Both the position numbers and the translations under genes were made by a program. A stretch of 64,000 nucleotides of DNA from Auanema rhodensis. Taxonomy: Eukaryota; Animalia; Nematoda. Below the pieces are notes generated by a model, which did not search any database, was not told the DNA's origin, and saw only the letters and a program-made list of their open reading frames with translations. The stretch's first letter is position 1. Every line of letters starts with the position of its first letter. Of the stretch, positions 13,200 through 28,744 are shown one piece after another. The stretch covers positions 18,414,001 to 18,478,000 of the forward strand of contig OZ059900.1 in assembly GCA_964057225.1 (NCBI GenBank), given 5' to 3'.

Positions 13200-16100
13200 A
13201 ATTTTGAGCTAGGTTTCATTGACATTGCATGAGTTTGAACACATGAAATCGTAAGTCAAAACCTTGTTTACAGCGAAATTTCCAAAAACTGGTTTTCCAG
13301 CATAATAAAATATTTCTCATGGGAAATACTGTGTTTTTGTATTTTTCTAGTGTTCAGCATGTGAAATGCTTCATTTTAGTATGTAACACGCTGAAATTCG
13401 TTGCATTTGACGACTCATATGAACAAAAATCGATTTAATCAATATTAGCCATAAGGGGCGTGCCCTCAGAATATGCTAATTTCCTTAATTTTCTAACCCC
13501 TGTTTTGTTGTCGTGAAAGTGGAACTAGACGTTGTAGGAACAATTTTGAGCTAGGTTTCATTGACATTGCATGAGTTTGAACACATGAAATCGTAAGTCA
13601 AAACCTTGTTTACAGCGAAATTTCCAAAAACTGGTTTTCCAGCATAATAAAATATTTCTCATGGGAAATACTGTGTTTTTGTATTTTTCTAGTGTTCAGC
13701 ATGTAAAATGCTTCATTTTAGTATGTAACACGCTGAAATTCGTTTCATTTGACGACTCATATGAACAAAAATCGATTTAATCAATATTAGCCATAAGGGG
13801 CGTGCCCTCAGAATATGCTAATTTCCTTAATTTTCTAACCCCTGTTTTTTTGTCGTGAAAGTGGAACTAGACGTTGTAGGAACAATTTTGAGCTAGGTTT
13901 CATTGACATTGCATGAGTTTGAACACATGAAATCGTAAGTCAAAACCTTGTTTACAGCGAAATTTCCAAAAACTGGTTTTCCAGCATAATAAAATATTTC
14001 TCATGGGAAATACTGTGTTTTTGTATTTTTATAGTGTTCAGCATGTAAAATGTTTCATTTTAGTATGTAACACGCTGAAATTCGTTGCATTTGACGACTC
14101 ATATGAACAAAAATCGATTTAATCAATATTAGCCATAAGAGGCGTGCCCTCAGAATATGCTAATTTCCTTAATTTTCTAACCCCTGTTTTTTTGTCGTGA
14201 AAGTGAAACTAGACGTTGTAATAACAATTTTGAGCTAGGTTTCATTGACATTGCATGAGTTTGAACACATGAAATCGTAAGTCAAAACCTTGTTTACAGC
14301 GAAATTTCCAAAAACTGGTTTTCCAGCATAATAAAATATTTCTCATGGGAAATACTGTGTTTTTGTATTTTTCTAGTGTTCAGCATGTAAAATGCTTCAT
14401 TTTAGTATGTAACACGCTGAAATTCGTTTCATTTGACGACTCATATGAACAAAAATCGATTTAATCAATATTAGCCATAAGGGGCGTGCCCTCAGAATAT
14501 GCTAATTTCCTTAATTTTCTAACCCCTGTTTTTTTGTCGTGAAAGTGGAACTAGACGTTGTAGGAACAATTTTGAGCTAGGTTTCATTGACATTGCATGA
14601 GTTTGAACACATGAAATCGTAAGTCAAAACCTTGTTTACAGCGAAATTTCCAAAAACTGGTTTTCCAGCATAATAAAATATTTCTCATGGGAAATACTGT
14701 GTTTTTGTATTTTTATAGTGTTCAGCATGTAAAATGTTTCATTTTAGTATGTAACACGCTGAAATTCGTTGCATTTGACGACTCATATGAACAAAAATCG
14801 ATTTAATCAATATTAGCCATAAGAGGCGTGCCCTCAGAATATGCTAATTTCCTTAATTTTCTAACCCCTGTTTTTTTGTCGTGAAAGTGAAACTAGACGT
14901 TGTAATAACAATTTTGAGCTAGGTTTCATTGACATTGCATGAGTTTGAACACATGAAATCGTAAGTCAAAACCTTGTTTACAGCGAAATTTCCAAAAACT
15001 GGTTTTCCAGCATAATAAAATATTTCTCATGGGAAATACTGTGTTTTTGTATTTTTCTAGTGTTCAGCATGTAAAATGCTTCATTTTAGTATGTAACACG
15101 CTGAAATTCGTTTCATTTGACGACTCATATGAACAAAAATCGATTTAATCAATATTAGCCATAAGGGGCGTGCCCTCAGAATATGCTAATTTCCTTAATT
15201 TTCTAACCCCTGTTTTTTTGTCGTGAAAGTGGAACTAGACGTTGTAGGAACAATTTTGAGCTAGGTTTCATTGACATTGCATGAGTTTGAACACATGAAA
15301 TCGTAAGTCAAAACCTTGTTTACAGCGAAATTTCCAAAAACTGGTTTTCCAGCATAATAAAATATTTCTCATGGGAAATACTGTGTTTTTGTATTTTTCT
15401 AGTGTTCAGCATGTAAAATGCTTCATTTTAGTATGTAACACGCTGAAATTCGTTTCATTTGACGACTCATATGAACAAAAATCGATTTAATCAATATTAG
15501 CCATAAGGGGCGTGCCCTCAGAATATGCTAATTTCCTTAATTTTCTAACCCCTGTTTTTTTGTCGTGAAAGTGGAACTAGACGTTGTAGGAACAATTTTG
15601 AGCTAGGTTTCATTGACATTGCATGAGTTTGAACACATGAAATCGTAAGTCAAAACCTTGTTTACAGCGAAATTTCCAAAAACTGGTTTTCCAGCATAAT
15701 AAAATATTTCTCATGGGAAATACTGTGTTTTTGTATTTTTATAGTGTTCAGCATGTAAAATGTTTCATTTTAGTATGTAACACGCTGAAATTCGTTGCAT
15801 TTGACGACTCATATGAACAAAAATCGATTTAATCAATATTAGCCATAAGAGGCGTGCCCTCAGAATATGCTAATTTCCTTAATTTTCTAACCCCTGTTTT
15901 TTTGTCGTGAAAGTGAAACTAGACGTTGTAATAACAATTTTGAGCTAGGTTTCATTGACATTGCATGAGTTTGAACACATGAAATCGTAAGTCAAAACCT
16001 TGTTTACAGCGAAATTTCCAAAAACTGGTTTTCCAGCATAATAAAATATTTCTCATGGGAAATACTGTGTTTTTGTATTTTTCTAGTGTTCAGCATGTAA

Positions 16101-19100
16101 AATGCTTCATTTTAGTATGTAACACGCTGAAATTCGTTTCATTTGACGACTCATATGAACAAAAATCGATTTAATCAATATTAGCCATAAGGGGCGTGCC
16201 CTCAGAATATGCTAATTTCCTTAATTTTCTAACCCCTGTTTTTTTGTCGTGAAAGTGGAACTAGACGTTGTAGGAACAATTTTGAGCTAGGTTTCATTGA
16301 CATTGCATGAGTTTGAACACATGAAATCGTAAGTCAAAACCTTGTTTACAGCGAAATTTCCAAAAACTGGTTTTCCAGCATAATAAAATATTTCTCATGG
16401 GAAATACTGTGTTTTTGTATTTTTATAGTGTTCAGCATGTAAAATGTTTCATTTTAGTATGTAACACGCTGAAATTCGTTGCATTTGACGACTCATATGA
16501 ACAAAAATCGATTTAATCAATATTAGCCATAAGAGGCGTGCCCTCAGAATATGCTAATTTCCTTAATTTTCTAACCCCTGTTTTTTTGTCGTGAAAGTGG
16601 AACTAGACGTTGTAATAACAATTTTGAGCTAGGTTTCATTGACATTGCATGAGTTTGAACACATGAAATCGTAAGTCAAAACCTTGTTTACAGCGAAATT
16701 TCCAAAAACTGGTTTTCCAGCATAATAAAATATTTCTCATGGGAAATACTGTGTTTTTGTATTTTTCTAGTGTTCAGCATGTGAAATGCTTCATTTTAGT
16801 ATGTAACACGCTGAAATTCGTTGCATTTGACGACTCATATGAACAAAAATCGATTTAATCAATATTAGCCATAAGGGGCGTGCCCTCAGAATATGCTAAT
16901 TTCCTTAATTTTCTAACCCCTGTTTTGTTGTCGTGAAAGTGGAACTAGACGTTGTAGGAACAATTTTGAGCTAGGTTTCATTGACATTGCATGAGTTTGA
17001 ACACATGAAATCGTAAGTCAAAACCTTGTTTACAGCGAAATTTCCAAAAACTGGTTTTCCAGCATAATAAAATATTTCTCATGGGAAATACTGTGTTTTT
17101 GTATTTTTCTAGTGTTCAGCATGTAAAATGCTTCATTTTAGTATGTAACACGCTGAAATTCGTTTCATTTGACGACTCATATGAACAAAAATCGATTTAA
17201 TCAATATTAGCCATAAGGGGCGTGCCCTCAGAATATGCTAATTTCCTTAATTTTCTAACCCCTGTTTTTTTGTCGTGAAAGTGGAACTAGACGTTGTAGG
17301 AACAATTTTGAGCTAGGTTTCATTGACATTGCATGAGTTTGAACACATGAAATCGTAAGTCAAAACCTTGTTTACAGCGAAATTTCCAAAAACTGGTTTT
17401 CCAGCATAATAAAATATTTCTCATGGGAAATACTGTGTTTTTGTATTTTTCTAGTGTTCAGCATGTAAAATGCTTCATTTTAGTATGTAACACGCTGAAA
17501 TTCGTTTCATTTGACGACTCATATGAACAAAAATCGATTTAATCAATATTAGCCATAAGGGGCGTGCCCTCAGAATATGCTAATTTCCTTAATTTTCTAA
17601 CCCCTGTTTTTTTGTCGTGAAAGTGGAACTAGACGTTGTAGGAACAATTTTGAGCTAGGTTTCATTGACATTGCATGAGTTTGAACACATGAAATCGTAA
17701 GTCAAAACCTTGTTTACAGCGAAATTTCCAAAAACTGGTTTTCCAGCATAATAAAATATTTCTCATGGGAAATACTGTGTTTTTGTATTTTTATAGTGTT
17801 CAGCATGTAAAATGTTTCATTTTAGTATGTAACACGCTGAAATTCGTTGCATTTGACGACTCATATGAACAAAAATCGATTTAATCAATATTAGCCATAA
17901 GAGGCGTGCCCTCAGAATATGCTAATTTCCTTAATTTTCTAACCCCTGTTTTTTTGTCGTGAAAGTGAAACTAGACGTTGTAATAACAATTTTGAGCTAG
18001 GTTTCATTGACATTGCATGAGTTTGAACACATGAAATCGTAAGTCAAAACCTTGTTTACAGCGAAATTTCCAAAAACTGGTTTTCCAGCATAATAAAATA
18101 TTTCTCATGGGAAATACTGTGTTTTTGTATTTTTCTAGTGTTCAGCATGTAAAATGCTTCATTTTAGTATGTAACACGCTGAAATTCGTTTCATTTGACG
18201 ACTCATATGAACAAAAATCGATTTAATCAATATTAGCCATAAGGGGCGTGCCCTCAGAATATGCTAATTTCCTTAATTTTCTAACCCCTGTTTTTTTGTC
18301 GTGAAAGTGGAACTAGACGTTGTAGGAACAATTTTGAGCTAGGTTTCATTGACATTGCATGAGTTTGAACACATGAAATCGTAAGTCAAAACCTTGTTTA
18401 CAGCGAAATTTCCAAAAACTGGTTTTCCAGCATAATAAAATATTTCTCATGGGAAATACTGTGTTTTTGTATTTTTATAGTGTTCAGCATGTAAAATGTT
18501 TCATTTTAGTATGTAACACGCTGAAATTCGTTGCATTTGACGACTCATATGAACAAAAATCGATTTAATCAATATTAGCCATAAGAGGCGTGCCCTCAGA
18601 ATATGCTAATTTCCTTAATTTTCTAACCCCTGTTTTTTTGTCGTGAAAGTGGAACTAGACGTTGTAATAACAATTTTGAGCTAGGTTTCATTGACATTGC
18701 ATGAGTTTGAACACATGAAATCGTAAGTCAAAACCTTGTTTACAGCGAAATTTCCAAAAACTGGTTTTCCAGCATAATAAAATATTTCTCATGGGAAATA
18801 CTGTGTTTTTGTATTTTTCTAGTGTTCAGCATGTGAAATGCTTCATTTTAGTATGTAACACGCTGAAATTCGTTGCATTTGACGACTCATATGAACAAAA
18901 ATCGATTTAATCAATATTAGCCATAAGGGGCGTGCCCTCAGAATATGCTAATTTCCTTAATTTTCTAACCCCTGTTTTGTTGTCGTGAAAGTGGAACTAG
19001 ACGTTGTAGGAACAATTTTGAGCTAGGTTTCATTGACATTGCATGAGTTTGAACACATGAAATCGTAAGTCAAAACCTTGTTTACAGCGAAATTTCCAAA

Positions 19101-22100
19101 AACTGGTTTTCCAGCATAATAAAATATTTCTCATGGGAAATACTGTGTTTTTGTATTTTTCTAGTGTTCAGCATGTGAAATGCTTCATTTTAGTATGTAA
19201 CACGCTGAAATTCGTTGCATTTGACGACTCATATGAACAAAAATCGATTTAATCAATATTAGCCATAAGGGGCGTGCCCTCAGAATATGCTAATTTCCTT
19301 AATTTTCTAACCCCTGTTTTGTTGTCGTGAAAGTGGAACTAGACGTTGTAGGAACAATTTTGAGCTAGGTTTCATTGACATTGCATGAGTTTGAACACAT
19401 GAAATCGTAAGTCAAAACCTTGTTTACAGCGAAATTTCCAAAAACTGGTTTTCCAGCATAATAAAATATTTCTCATGGGAAATACTGTGTTTTTGTATTT
19501 TTCTAGTGTTCAGCATGTAAAATGCTTCATTTTAGTATGTAACACGCTGAAATTCGTTTCATTTGACGACTCATATGAACAAAAATCGATTTAATCAATA
19601 TTAGCCATAAGGGGCGTGCCCTCAGAATATGCTAATTTCCTTAATTTTCTAACCCCTGTTTTTTTGTCGTGAAAGTGGAACTAGACGTTGTAGGAACAAT
19701 TTTGAGCTAGGTTTCATTGACATTGCATGAGTTTGAACACATGAAATCGTAAGTCAAAACCTTGTTTACAGCGAAATTTCCAAAAACTGGTTTTCCAGCA
19801 TAATAAAATATTTCTCATGGGAAATACTGTGTTTTTGTATTTTTATAGTGTTCAGCATGTAAAATGTTTCATTTTAGTATGTAACACGCTGAAATTCGTT
19901 GCATTTGACGACTCATATGAACAAAAATCGATTTAATCAATATTAGCCATAAGAGGCGTGCCCTCAGAATATGCTAATTTCCTTAATTTTCTAACCCCTG
20001 TTTTTTTGTCGTGAAAGTGAAACTAGACGTTGTAATAACAATTTTGAGCTAGGTTTCATTGACATTGCATGAGTTTGAACACATGAAATCGTAAGTCAAA
20101 ACCTTGTTTACAGCGAAATTTCCAAAAACTGGTTTTCCAGCATAATAAAATATTTCTCATGGGAAATACTGTGTTTTTGTATTTTTCTAGTGTTCAGCAT
20201 GTAAAATGCTTCATTTTAGTATGTAACACGCTGAAATTCGTTTCATTTGACGACTCATATGAACAAAAATCGATTTAATCAATATTAGCCATAAGGGGCG
20301 TGCCCTCAGAATATGCTAATTTCCTTAATTTTCTAACCCCTGTTTTTTTGTCGTGAAAGTGGAACTAGACGTTGTAGGAACAATTTTGAGCTAGGTTTCA
20401 TTGACATTGCATGAGTTTGAACACATGAAATCGTAAGTCAAAACCTTGTTTACAGCGAAATTTCCAAAAACTGGTTTTCCAGCATAATAAAATATTTCTC
20501 ATGGGAAATACTGTGTTTTTGTATTTTTATAGTGTTCAGCATGTAAAATGTTTCATTTTAGTATGTAACACGCTGAAATTCGTTGCATTTGACGACTCAT
20601 ATGAACAAAAATCGATTTAATCAATATTAGCCATAAGAGGCGTGCCCTCAGAATATGCTAATTTCCTTAATTTTCTAACCCCTGTTTTTTTGTCGTGAAA
20701 GTGAAACTAGACGTTGTAATAACAATTTTGAGCTAGGTTTCATTGACATTGCATGAGTTTGAACACATGAAATCGTAAGTCAAAACCTTGTTTACAGCGA
20801 AATTTCCAAAAACTGGTTTTCCAGCATAATAAAATATTTCTCATGGGAAATACTGTGTTTTTGTATTTTTCTAGTGTTCAGCATGTAAAATGCTTCATTT
20901 TAGTATGTAACACGCTGAAATTCGTTTCATTTGACGACTCATATGAACAAAAATCGATTTAATCAATATTAGCCATAAGGGGCGTGCCCTCAGAATATGC
21001 TAATTTCCTTAATTTTCTAACCCCTGTTTTTTTGTCGTGAAAGTGGAACTAGACGTTGTAGGAACAATTTTGAGCTAGGTTTCATTGACATTGCATGAGT
21101 TTGAACACATGAAATCGTAAGTCAAAACCTTGTTTACAGCGAAATTTCCAAAAACTGGTTTTCCAGCATAATAAAATATTTCTCATGGGAAATACTGTGT
21201 TTTTGTATTTTTCTAGTGTTCAGCATGTAAAATGCTTCATTTTAGTATGTAACACGCTGAAATTCGTTTCATTTGACGACTCATATGAACAAAAATCGAT
21301 TTAATCAATATTAGCCATAAGGGGCGTGCCCTCAGAATATGCTAATTTCCTTAATTTTCTAACCCCTGTTTTTTTGTCGTGAAAGTGGAACTAGACGTTG
21401 TAGGAACAATTTTGAGCTAGGTTTCATTGACATTGCATGAGTTTGAACACATGAAATCGTAAGTCAAAACCTTGTTTACAGCGAAATTTCCAAAAACTGG
21501 TTTTCCAGCATAATAAAATATTTCTCATGGGAAATACTGTGTTTTTGTATTTTTATAGTGTTCAGCATGTAAAATGTTTCATTTTAGTATGTAACACGCT
21601 GAAATTCGTTGCATTTGACGACTCATATGAACAAAAATCGATTTAATCAATATTAGCCATAAGAGGCGTGCCCTCAGAATATGCTAATTTCCTTAATTTT
21701 CTAACCCCTGTTTTTTTGTCGTGAAAGTGAAACTAGACGTTGTAATAACAATTTTGAGCTAGGTTTCATTGACATTGCATGAGTTTGAACACATGAAATC
21801 GTAAGTCAAAACCTTGTTTACAGCGAAATTTCCAAAAACTGGTTTTCCAGCATAATAAAATATTTCTCATGGGAAATACTGTGTTTTTGTATTTTTCTAG
21901 TGTTCAGCATGTAAAATGCTTCATTTTAGTATGTAACACGCTGAAATTCGTTTCATTTGACGACTCATATGAACAAAAATCGATTTAATCAATATTAGCC
22001 ATAAGGGGCGTGCCCTCAGAATATGCTAATTTCCTTAATTTTCTAACCCCTGTTTTTTTGTCGTGAAAGTGGAACTAGACGTTGTAGGAACAATTTTGAG

Positions 22101-25100
22101 CTAGGTTTCATTGACATTGCATGAGTTTGAACACATGAAATCGTAAGTCAAAACCTTGTTTACAGCGAAATTTCCAAAAACTGGTTTTCCAGCATAATAA
22201 AATATTTCTCATGGGAAATACTGTGTTTTTGTATTTTTATAGTGTTCAGCATGTAAAATGTTTCATTTTAGTATGTAACACGCTGAAATTCGTTGCATTT
22301 GACGACTCATATGAACAAAAATCGATTTAATCAATATTAGCCATAAGAGGCGTGCCCTCAGAATATGCTAATTTCCTTAATTTTCTAACCCCTGTTTTTT
22401 TGTCGTGAAAGTGGAACTAGACGTTGTAATAACAATTTTGAGCTAGGTTTCATTGACATTGCATGAGTTTGAACACATGAAATCGTAAGTCAAAACCTTG
22501 TTTACAGCGAAATTTCCAAAAACTGGTTTTCCAGCATAATAAAATATTTCTCATGGGAAATACTGTGTTTTTGTATTTTTCTAGTGTTCAGCATGTGAAA
22601 TGCTTCATTTTAGTATGTAACACGCTGAAATTCGTTGCATTTGACGACTCATATGAACAAAAATCGATTTAATCAATATTAGCCATAAGGGGCGTGCCCT
22701 CAGAATATGCTAATTTCCTTAATTTTCTAACCCCTGTTTTGTTGTCGTGAAAGTGGAACTAGACGTTGTAGGAACAATTTTGAGCTAGGTTTCATTGACA
22801 TTGCATGAGTTTGAACACATGAAATCGTAAGTCAAAACCTTGTTTACAGCGAAATTTCCAAAAACTGGTTTTCCAGCATAATAAAATATTTCTCATGGGA
22901 AATACTGTGTTTTTGTATTTTTCTAGTGTTCAGCATGTAAAATGCTTCATTTTAGTATGTAACACGCTGAAATTCGTTTCATTTGACGACTCATATGAAC
23001 AAAAATCGATTTAATCAATATTAGCCATAAGGGGCGTGCCCTCAGAATATGCTAATTTCCTTAATTTTCTAACCCCTGTTTTTTTGTCGTGAAAGTGGAA
23101 CTAGACGTTGTAGGAACAATTTTGAGCTAGGTTTCATTGACATTGCATGAGTTTGAACACATGAAATCGTAAGTCAAAACCTTGTTTACAGCGAAATTTC
23201 CAAAAACTGGTTTTCCAGCATAATAAAATATTTCTCATGGGAAATACTGTGTTTTTGTATTTTTCTAGTGTTCAGCATGTAAAATGCTTCATTTTAGTAT
23301 GTAACACGCTGAAATTCGTTTCATTTGACGACTCATATGAACAAAAATCGATTTAATCAATATTAGCCATAAGGGGCGTGCCCTCAGAATATGCTAATTT
23401 CCTTAATTTTCTAACCCCTGTTTTTTTGTCGTGAAAGTGGAACTAGACGTTGTAGGAACAATTTTGAGCTAGGTTTCATTGACATTGCATGAGTTTGAAC
23501 ACATGAAATCGTAAGTCAAAACCTTGTTTACAGCGAAATTTCCAAAAACTGGTTTTCCAGCATAATAAAATATTTCTCATGGGAAATACTGTGTTTTTGT
23601 ATTTTTATAGTGTTCAGCATGTAAAATGTTTCATTTTAGTATGTAACACGCTGAAATTCGTTGCATTTGACGACTCATATGAACAAAAATCGATTTAATC
23701 AATATTAGCCATAAGAGGCGTGCCCTCAGAATATGCTAATTTCCTTAATTTTCTAACCCCTGTTTTTTTGTCGTGAAAGTGAAACTAGACGTTGTAATAA
23801 CAATTTTGAGCTAGGTTTCATTGACATTGCATGAGTTTGAACACATGAAATCGTAAGTCAAAACCTTGTTTACAGCGAAATTTCCAAAAACTGGTTTTCC
23901 AGCATAATAAAATATTTCTCATGGGAAATACTGTGTTTTTGTATTTTTCTAGTGTTCAGCATGTAAAATGCTTCATTTTAGTATGTAACACGCTGAAATT
24001 CGTTTCATTTGACGACTCATATGAACAAAAATCGATTTAATCAATATTAGCCATAAGGGGCGTGCCCTCAGAATATGCTAATTTCCTTAATTTTCTAACC
24101 CCTGTTTTTTTGTCGTGAAAGTGGAACTAGACGTTGTAGGAACAATTTTGAGCTAGGTTTCATTGACATTGCATGAGTTTGAACACATGAAATCGTAAGT
24201 CAAAACCTTGTTTACAGCGAAATTTCCAAAAACTGGTTTTCCAGCATAATAAAATATTTCTCATGGGAAATACTGTGTTTTTGTATTTTTATAGTGTTCA
24301 GCATGTAAAATGTTTCATTTTAGTATGTAACACGCTGAAATTCGTTGCATTTGACGACTCATATGAACAAAAATCGATTTAATCAATATTAGCCATAAGA
24401 GGCGTGCCCTCAGAATATGCTAATTTCCTTAATTTTCTAACCCCTGTTTTTTTGTCGTGAAAGTGGAACTAGACGTTGTAATAACAATTTTGAGCTAGGT
24501 TTCATTGACATTGCATGAGTTTGAACACATGAAATCGTAAGTCAAAACCTTGTTTACAGCGAAATTTCCAAAAACTGGTTTTCCAGCATAATAAAATATT
24601 TCTCATGGGAAATACTGTGTTTTTGTATTTTTCTAGTGTTCAGCATGTGAAATGCTTCATTTTAGTATGTAACACGCTGAAATTCGTTGCATTTGACGAC
24701 TCATATGAACAAAAATCGATTTAATCAATATTAGCCATAAGGGGCGTGCCCTCAGAATATGCTAATTTCCTTAATTTTCTAACCCCTGTTTTGTTGTCGT
24801 GAAAGTGGAACTAGACGTTGTAGGAACAATTTTGAGCTAGGTTTCATTGACATTGCATGAGTTTGAACACATGAAATCGTAAGTCAAAACCTTGTTTACA
24901 GCGAAATTTCCAAAAACTGGTTTTCCAGCATAATAAAATATTTCTCATGGGAAATACTGTGTTTTTGTATTTTTCTAGTGTTCAGCATGTGAAATGCTTC
25001 ATTTTAGTATGTAACACGCTGAAATTCGTTGCATTTGACGACTCATATGAACAAAAATCGATTTAATCAATATTAGCCATAAGGGGCGTGCCCTCAGAAT

Positions 25101-26515
25101 ATGCTAATTTCCTTAATTTTCTAACCCCTGTTTTGTTGTCGTGAAAGTGGAACTAGACGTTGTAGGAACAATTTTGAGCTAGGTTTCATTGACATTGCAT
25201 GAGTTTGAACACATGAAATCGTAAGTCAAAACCTTGTTTACAGCGAAATTTCCAAAAACTGGTTTTCCAGCATAATAAAATATTTCTCATGGGAAATACT
25301 GTGTTTTTGTATTTTTCTAGTGTTCAGCATGTAAAATGCTTCATTTTAGTATGTAACACGCTGAAATTCGTTTCATTTGACGACTCATATGAACAAAAAT
25401 CGATTTAATCAATATTAGCCATAAGGGGCGTGCCCTCAGAATATGCTAATTTCCTTAATTTTCTAACCCCTGTTTTTTTGTCGTGAAAGTGGAACTAGAC
25501 GTTGTAGGAACAATTTTGAGCTAGGTTTCATTGACATTGCATGAGTTTGAACACATGAAATCGTAAGTCAAAACCTTGTTTACAGCGAAATTTCCAAAAA
25601 CTGGTTTTCCAGCATAATAAAATATTTCTCATGGGAAATACTGTGTTTTTGTATTTTTATAGTGTTCAGCATGTAAAATGTTTCATTTTAGTATGTAACA
25701 CGCTGAAATTCGTTGCATTTGACGACTCATATGAACAAAAATCGATTTAATCAATATTAGCCATAAGAGGCGTGCCCTCAGAATATGCTAATTTCCTTAA
25801 TTTTCTAACCCCTGTTTTTTTGTCGTGAAAGTGAAACTAGACGTTGTAATAACAATTTTGAGCTAGGTTTCATTGACATTGCATGAGTTTGAACACATGA
25901 AATCGTAAGTCAAAACCTTGTTTACAGCGAAATTTCCAAAAACTGGTTTTCCAGCATAATAAAATATTTCTCATGGGAAATACTGTGTTTTTGTATTTTT
26001 CTAGTGTTCAGCATGTAAAATGCTTCATTTTAGTATGTAACACGCTGAAATTCGTTTCATTTGACGACTCATATGAACAAAAATCGATTTAATCAATATT
26101 AGCCATAAGGGGCGTGCCCTCAGAATATGCTAATTTCCTTAATTTTCTAACCCCTGTTTTTTTGTCGTGAAAGTGGAACTAGACGTTGTAGGAACAATTT
26201 TGAGCTAGGTTTCATTGACATTGCATGAGTTTGAACACATGAAATCGTAAGTCAAAACCTTGTTTACAGCGAAATTTCCAAAAACTGGTTTTCCAGCATA
26301 ATAAAATATTTCTCATGGGAAATACTGTGTTTTTGTATTTTTATAGTGTTCAGCATGTAAAATGTTTCATTTTAGTATGTAACACGCTGAAATTCGTTGC
26401 ATTTGACGACTCATATGAACAAAAATCGATTTAATCAATATTAGCCATAAGAGGCGTGCCCTCAGAATATGCTAATTTCCTTAATTTTCTAACCCCTGTT
26501 TTTTTGTCGTGAAAG
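13200..26515 (-). repeat. 17-mer higher-order repeat, 5814-bp period, about 2.3 copies, built from 4 monomer types
   Basis: The monomer-type string C A B A B A A B A B' C A A B A B' C occurs twice plus a partial third copy. The marker G of TTTTGTTGTC lies at 13507, 19321 and 25135 (5814 apart). Confidence 0.85.
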
Positions 26516-28744
26516 TGGAACTAGACGTTGTAATAACAATTTTGAGCTAGGTTTCATTGACATTGCATGAGTTTGAACACATGAAATCGTAAGTCAAAAC
26601 CTTGTTTACAGCGAAATTTCCAAAAACTGGTTTTCCAGCATAATAAAATATTTCTCATGGGAAATACTGTGTTTTTGTATTTTTCTAGTGTTCAGCATGT
26701 GAAATGCTTCATTTTAGTATGTAACACGCTGAAATTCGTTGCATTTGACGACTCATATGAACAAAAATCGATTTAATCAATATTAGCCATAAGGGGCGTG
26801 CCCTCAGAATATGCTAATTTCCTTAATTTTCTAACCCCTGTTTTGTTGTCGTGAAAGTGGAACTAGACGTTGTAGGAACAATTTTGAGCTAGGTTTCATT
26901 GACATTGCATGAGTTTGAACACATGAAATCGTAAGTCAAAACCATGTTTACAGCGAAATTTCCAAAAACTGGTTTTCCAGCATAATAAAATATTTCTCAT
27001 GGGAAATACTGTGTTTTTGTATTTTTCTAGTGTTCAGCATGTAAAATGCTTCATTTTAGTATGTAACACGCTGAAATTCGTTTCATTTGACGACTCATAT
27101 GAACAAAAATCGATTTAATCAATATTAGCCATAAGGGGCGTGCCCTCAGAATATGCTAATTTCCTTAATTTTCTAACCCCTGTTTTTTTGTCGTGAAAGT
27201 GGAACTAGACGTTGTAGGAACAATTTTGAGCTAGGTTTCATTGACATTGCATGAGTTTGAACACATGAAATCGTAAGTCAAAACCTTGTTTACAGCGAAA
27301 TTTCCAAAAACTGGTTTTCCAGCATAATAAAATATTTCTCATGGGAAATACTGTGTTTTTGTATTTTTATAGTGTTCAGCATGTAAAATGTTTCATTTTA
27401 GTATGTAACACGCTGAAATTCGTTGCATTTGACGACTCATATGAACAAAAATCGATTTAATCAATATTAGCCATAAAGGGCGTGCCCTCAGAATATGCTA
27501 ATTTCCTTAATTTTCTAACCCCTGTTTTGTTGTCGTGAAAGTGGAACTAGACGTTGTAGGAACAATTTTGAGCTAGGTTTCATTGACATTGCATGAGTTT
27601 GAACACATGAAATCGTAAGTCAAAACCTTGTTTACAGCGAACTTTCCAAAAACTGGTTTTCCAGCATAATAAAATATTTCTTATGGGAAATACTGTGTTT
27701 TTGTATTTTTCTAGTGTTCAGCATGTGAAATGCTTCATTTTAGTATGTAACACGCTGAAATTCGTTGCATTTGACGACTCATATGAACAAAAATCGATTT
27801 AATCAATATTAGCCATAAGGGGCGTGCCCTCAGAATATGCTAATTTCCTTAATTTTCTAACCCCTGTTTTGTTGTCGTGAAAGTGGAACTAGACGTTGTA
27901 GGAACAATTTTGAGCTAGGTTTCATTGACATTGCATGAGTTTGAACACATGAAATCGTAAGTCAAAACCTTGTTTACAGCGAAATTTCCAAAAACTGGTT
28001 TTCCAGCATAATAAAATATTTCTCATGGGAAATACTGTGTTTTTGTAGTTTTCTAGTGTTCAGCATGTAAAATGCTTCATTTTAGTATGTAACACGCTGA
28101 AATTCGTTGCATTTGACGACTCATATGAACAAAAATCGATTTAATCAATATTAGCCATAAGGGGCGTGCCCTCAGAATATGCTAATTTCCTTAATTTTCT
28201 AACCCCTGTTTTTTGTCGTGAAAGTGGAACTAGACGTTGTAGGAACAATTTTGAGCTAGGTTTCATTGACATTGCATGAGTTTGAACACATGAAATCGTA
28301 AGTCAAAACCTTGTTTACCGCGAAATTTCCAAAAACTGGTTTTCCAGCATAATAAAATATTTCTCATGGGAAATACTGTGTTTTTGTATTTTTATAGTGT
28401 TCAGCATGTAAAATGCTTCATTTTAGTATGTAACACGCTGAAATTCGTTGCATTTGACGACTCATATGAACAAAAATCGATTTAATCAATATTAGCCATA
28501 AGGGGCGTGCCCTCAGAATATGCTAATTTCCTTAATTTTCTAACCCCTGTTTTTTTGTCGTGAAAGTGGAATTAGACGTTGTAGGAACAATTTTGAGCTA
28601 GGTTTCATTGACATTGCATGAGTTTGAACACATGAAATCGTAAGTCAAAACCTTGTTTACAGCGAAACTTCCAAAAACTGGTTTTCCAGCATAATAAAAT
28701 ATTTCTCATGGGAAATACTGTGTTTTTGTATTTTTATGGTGTTC

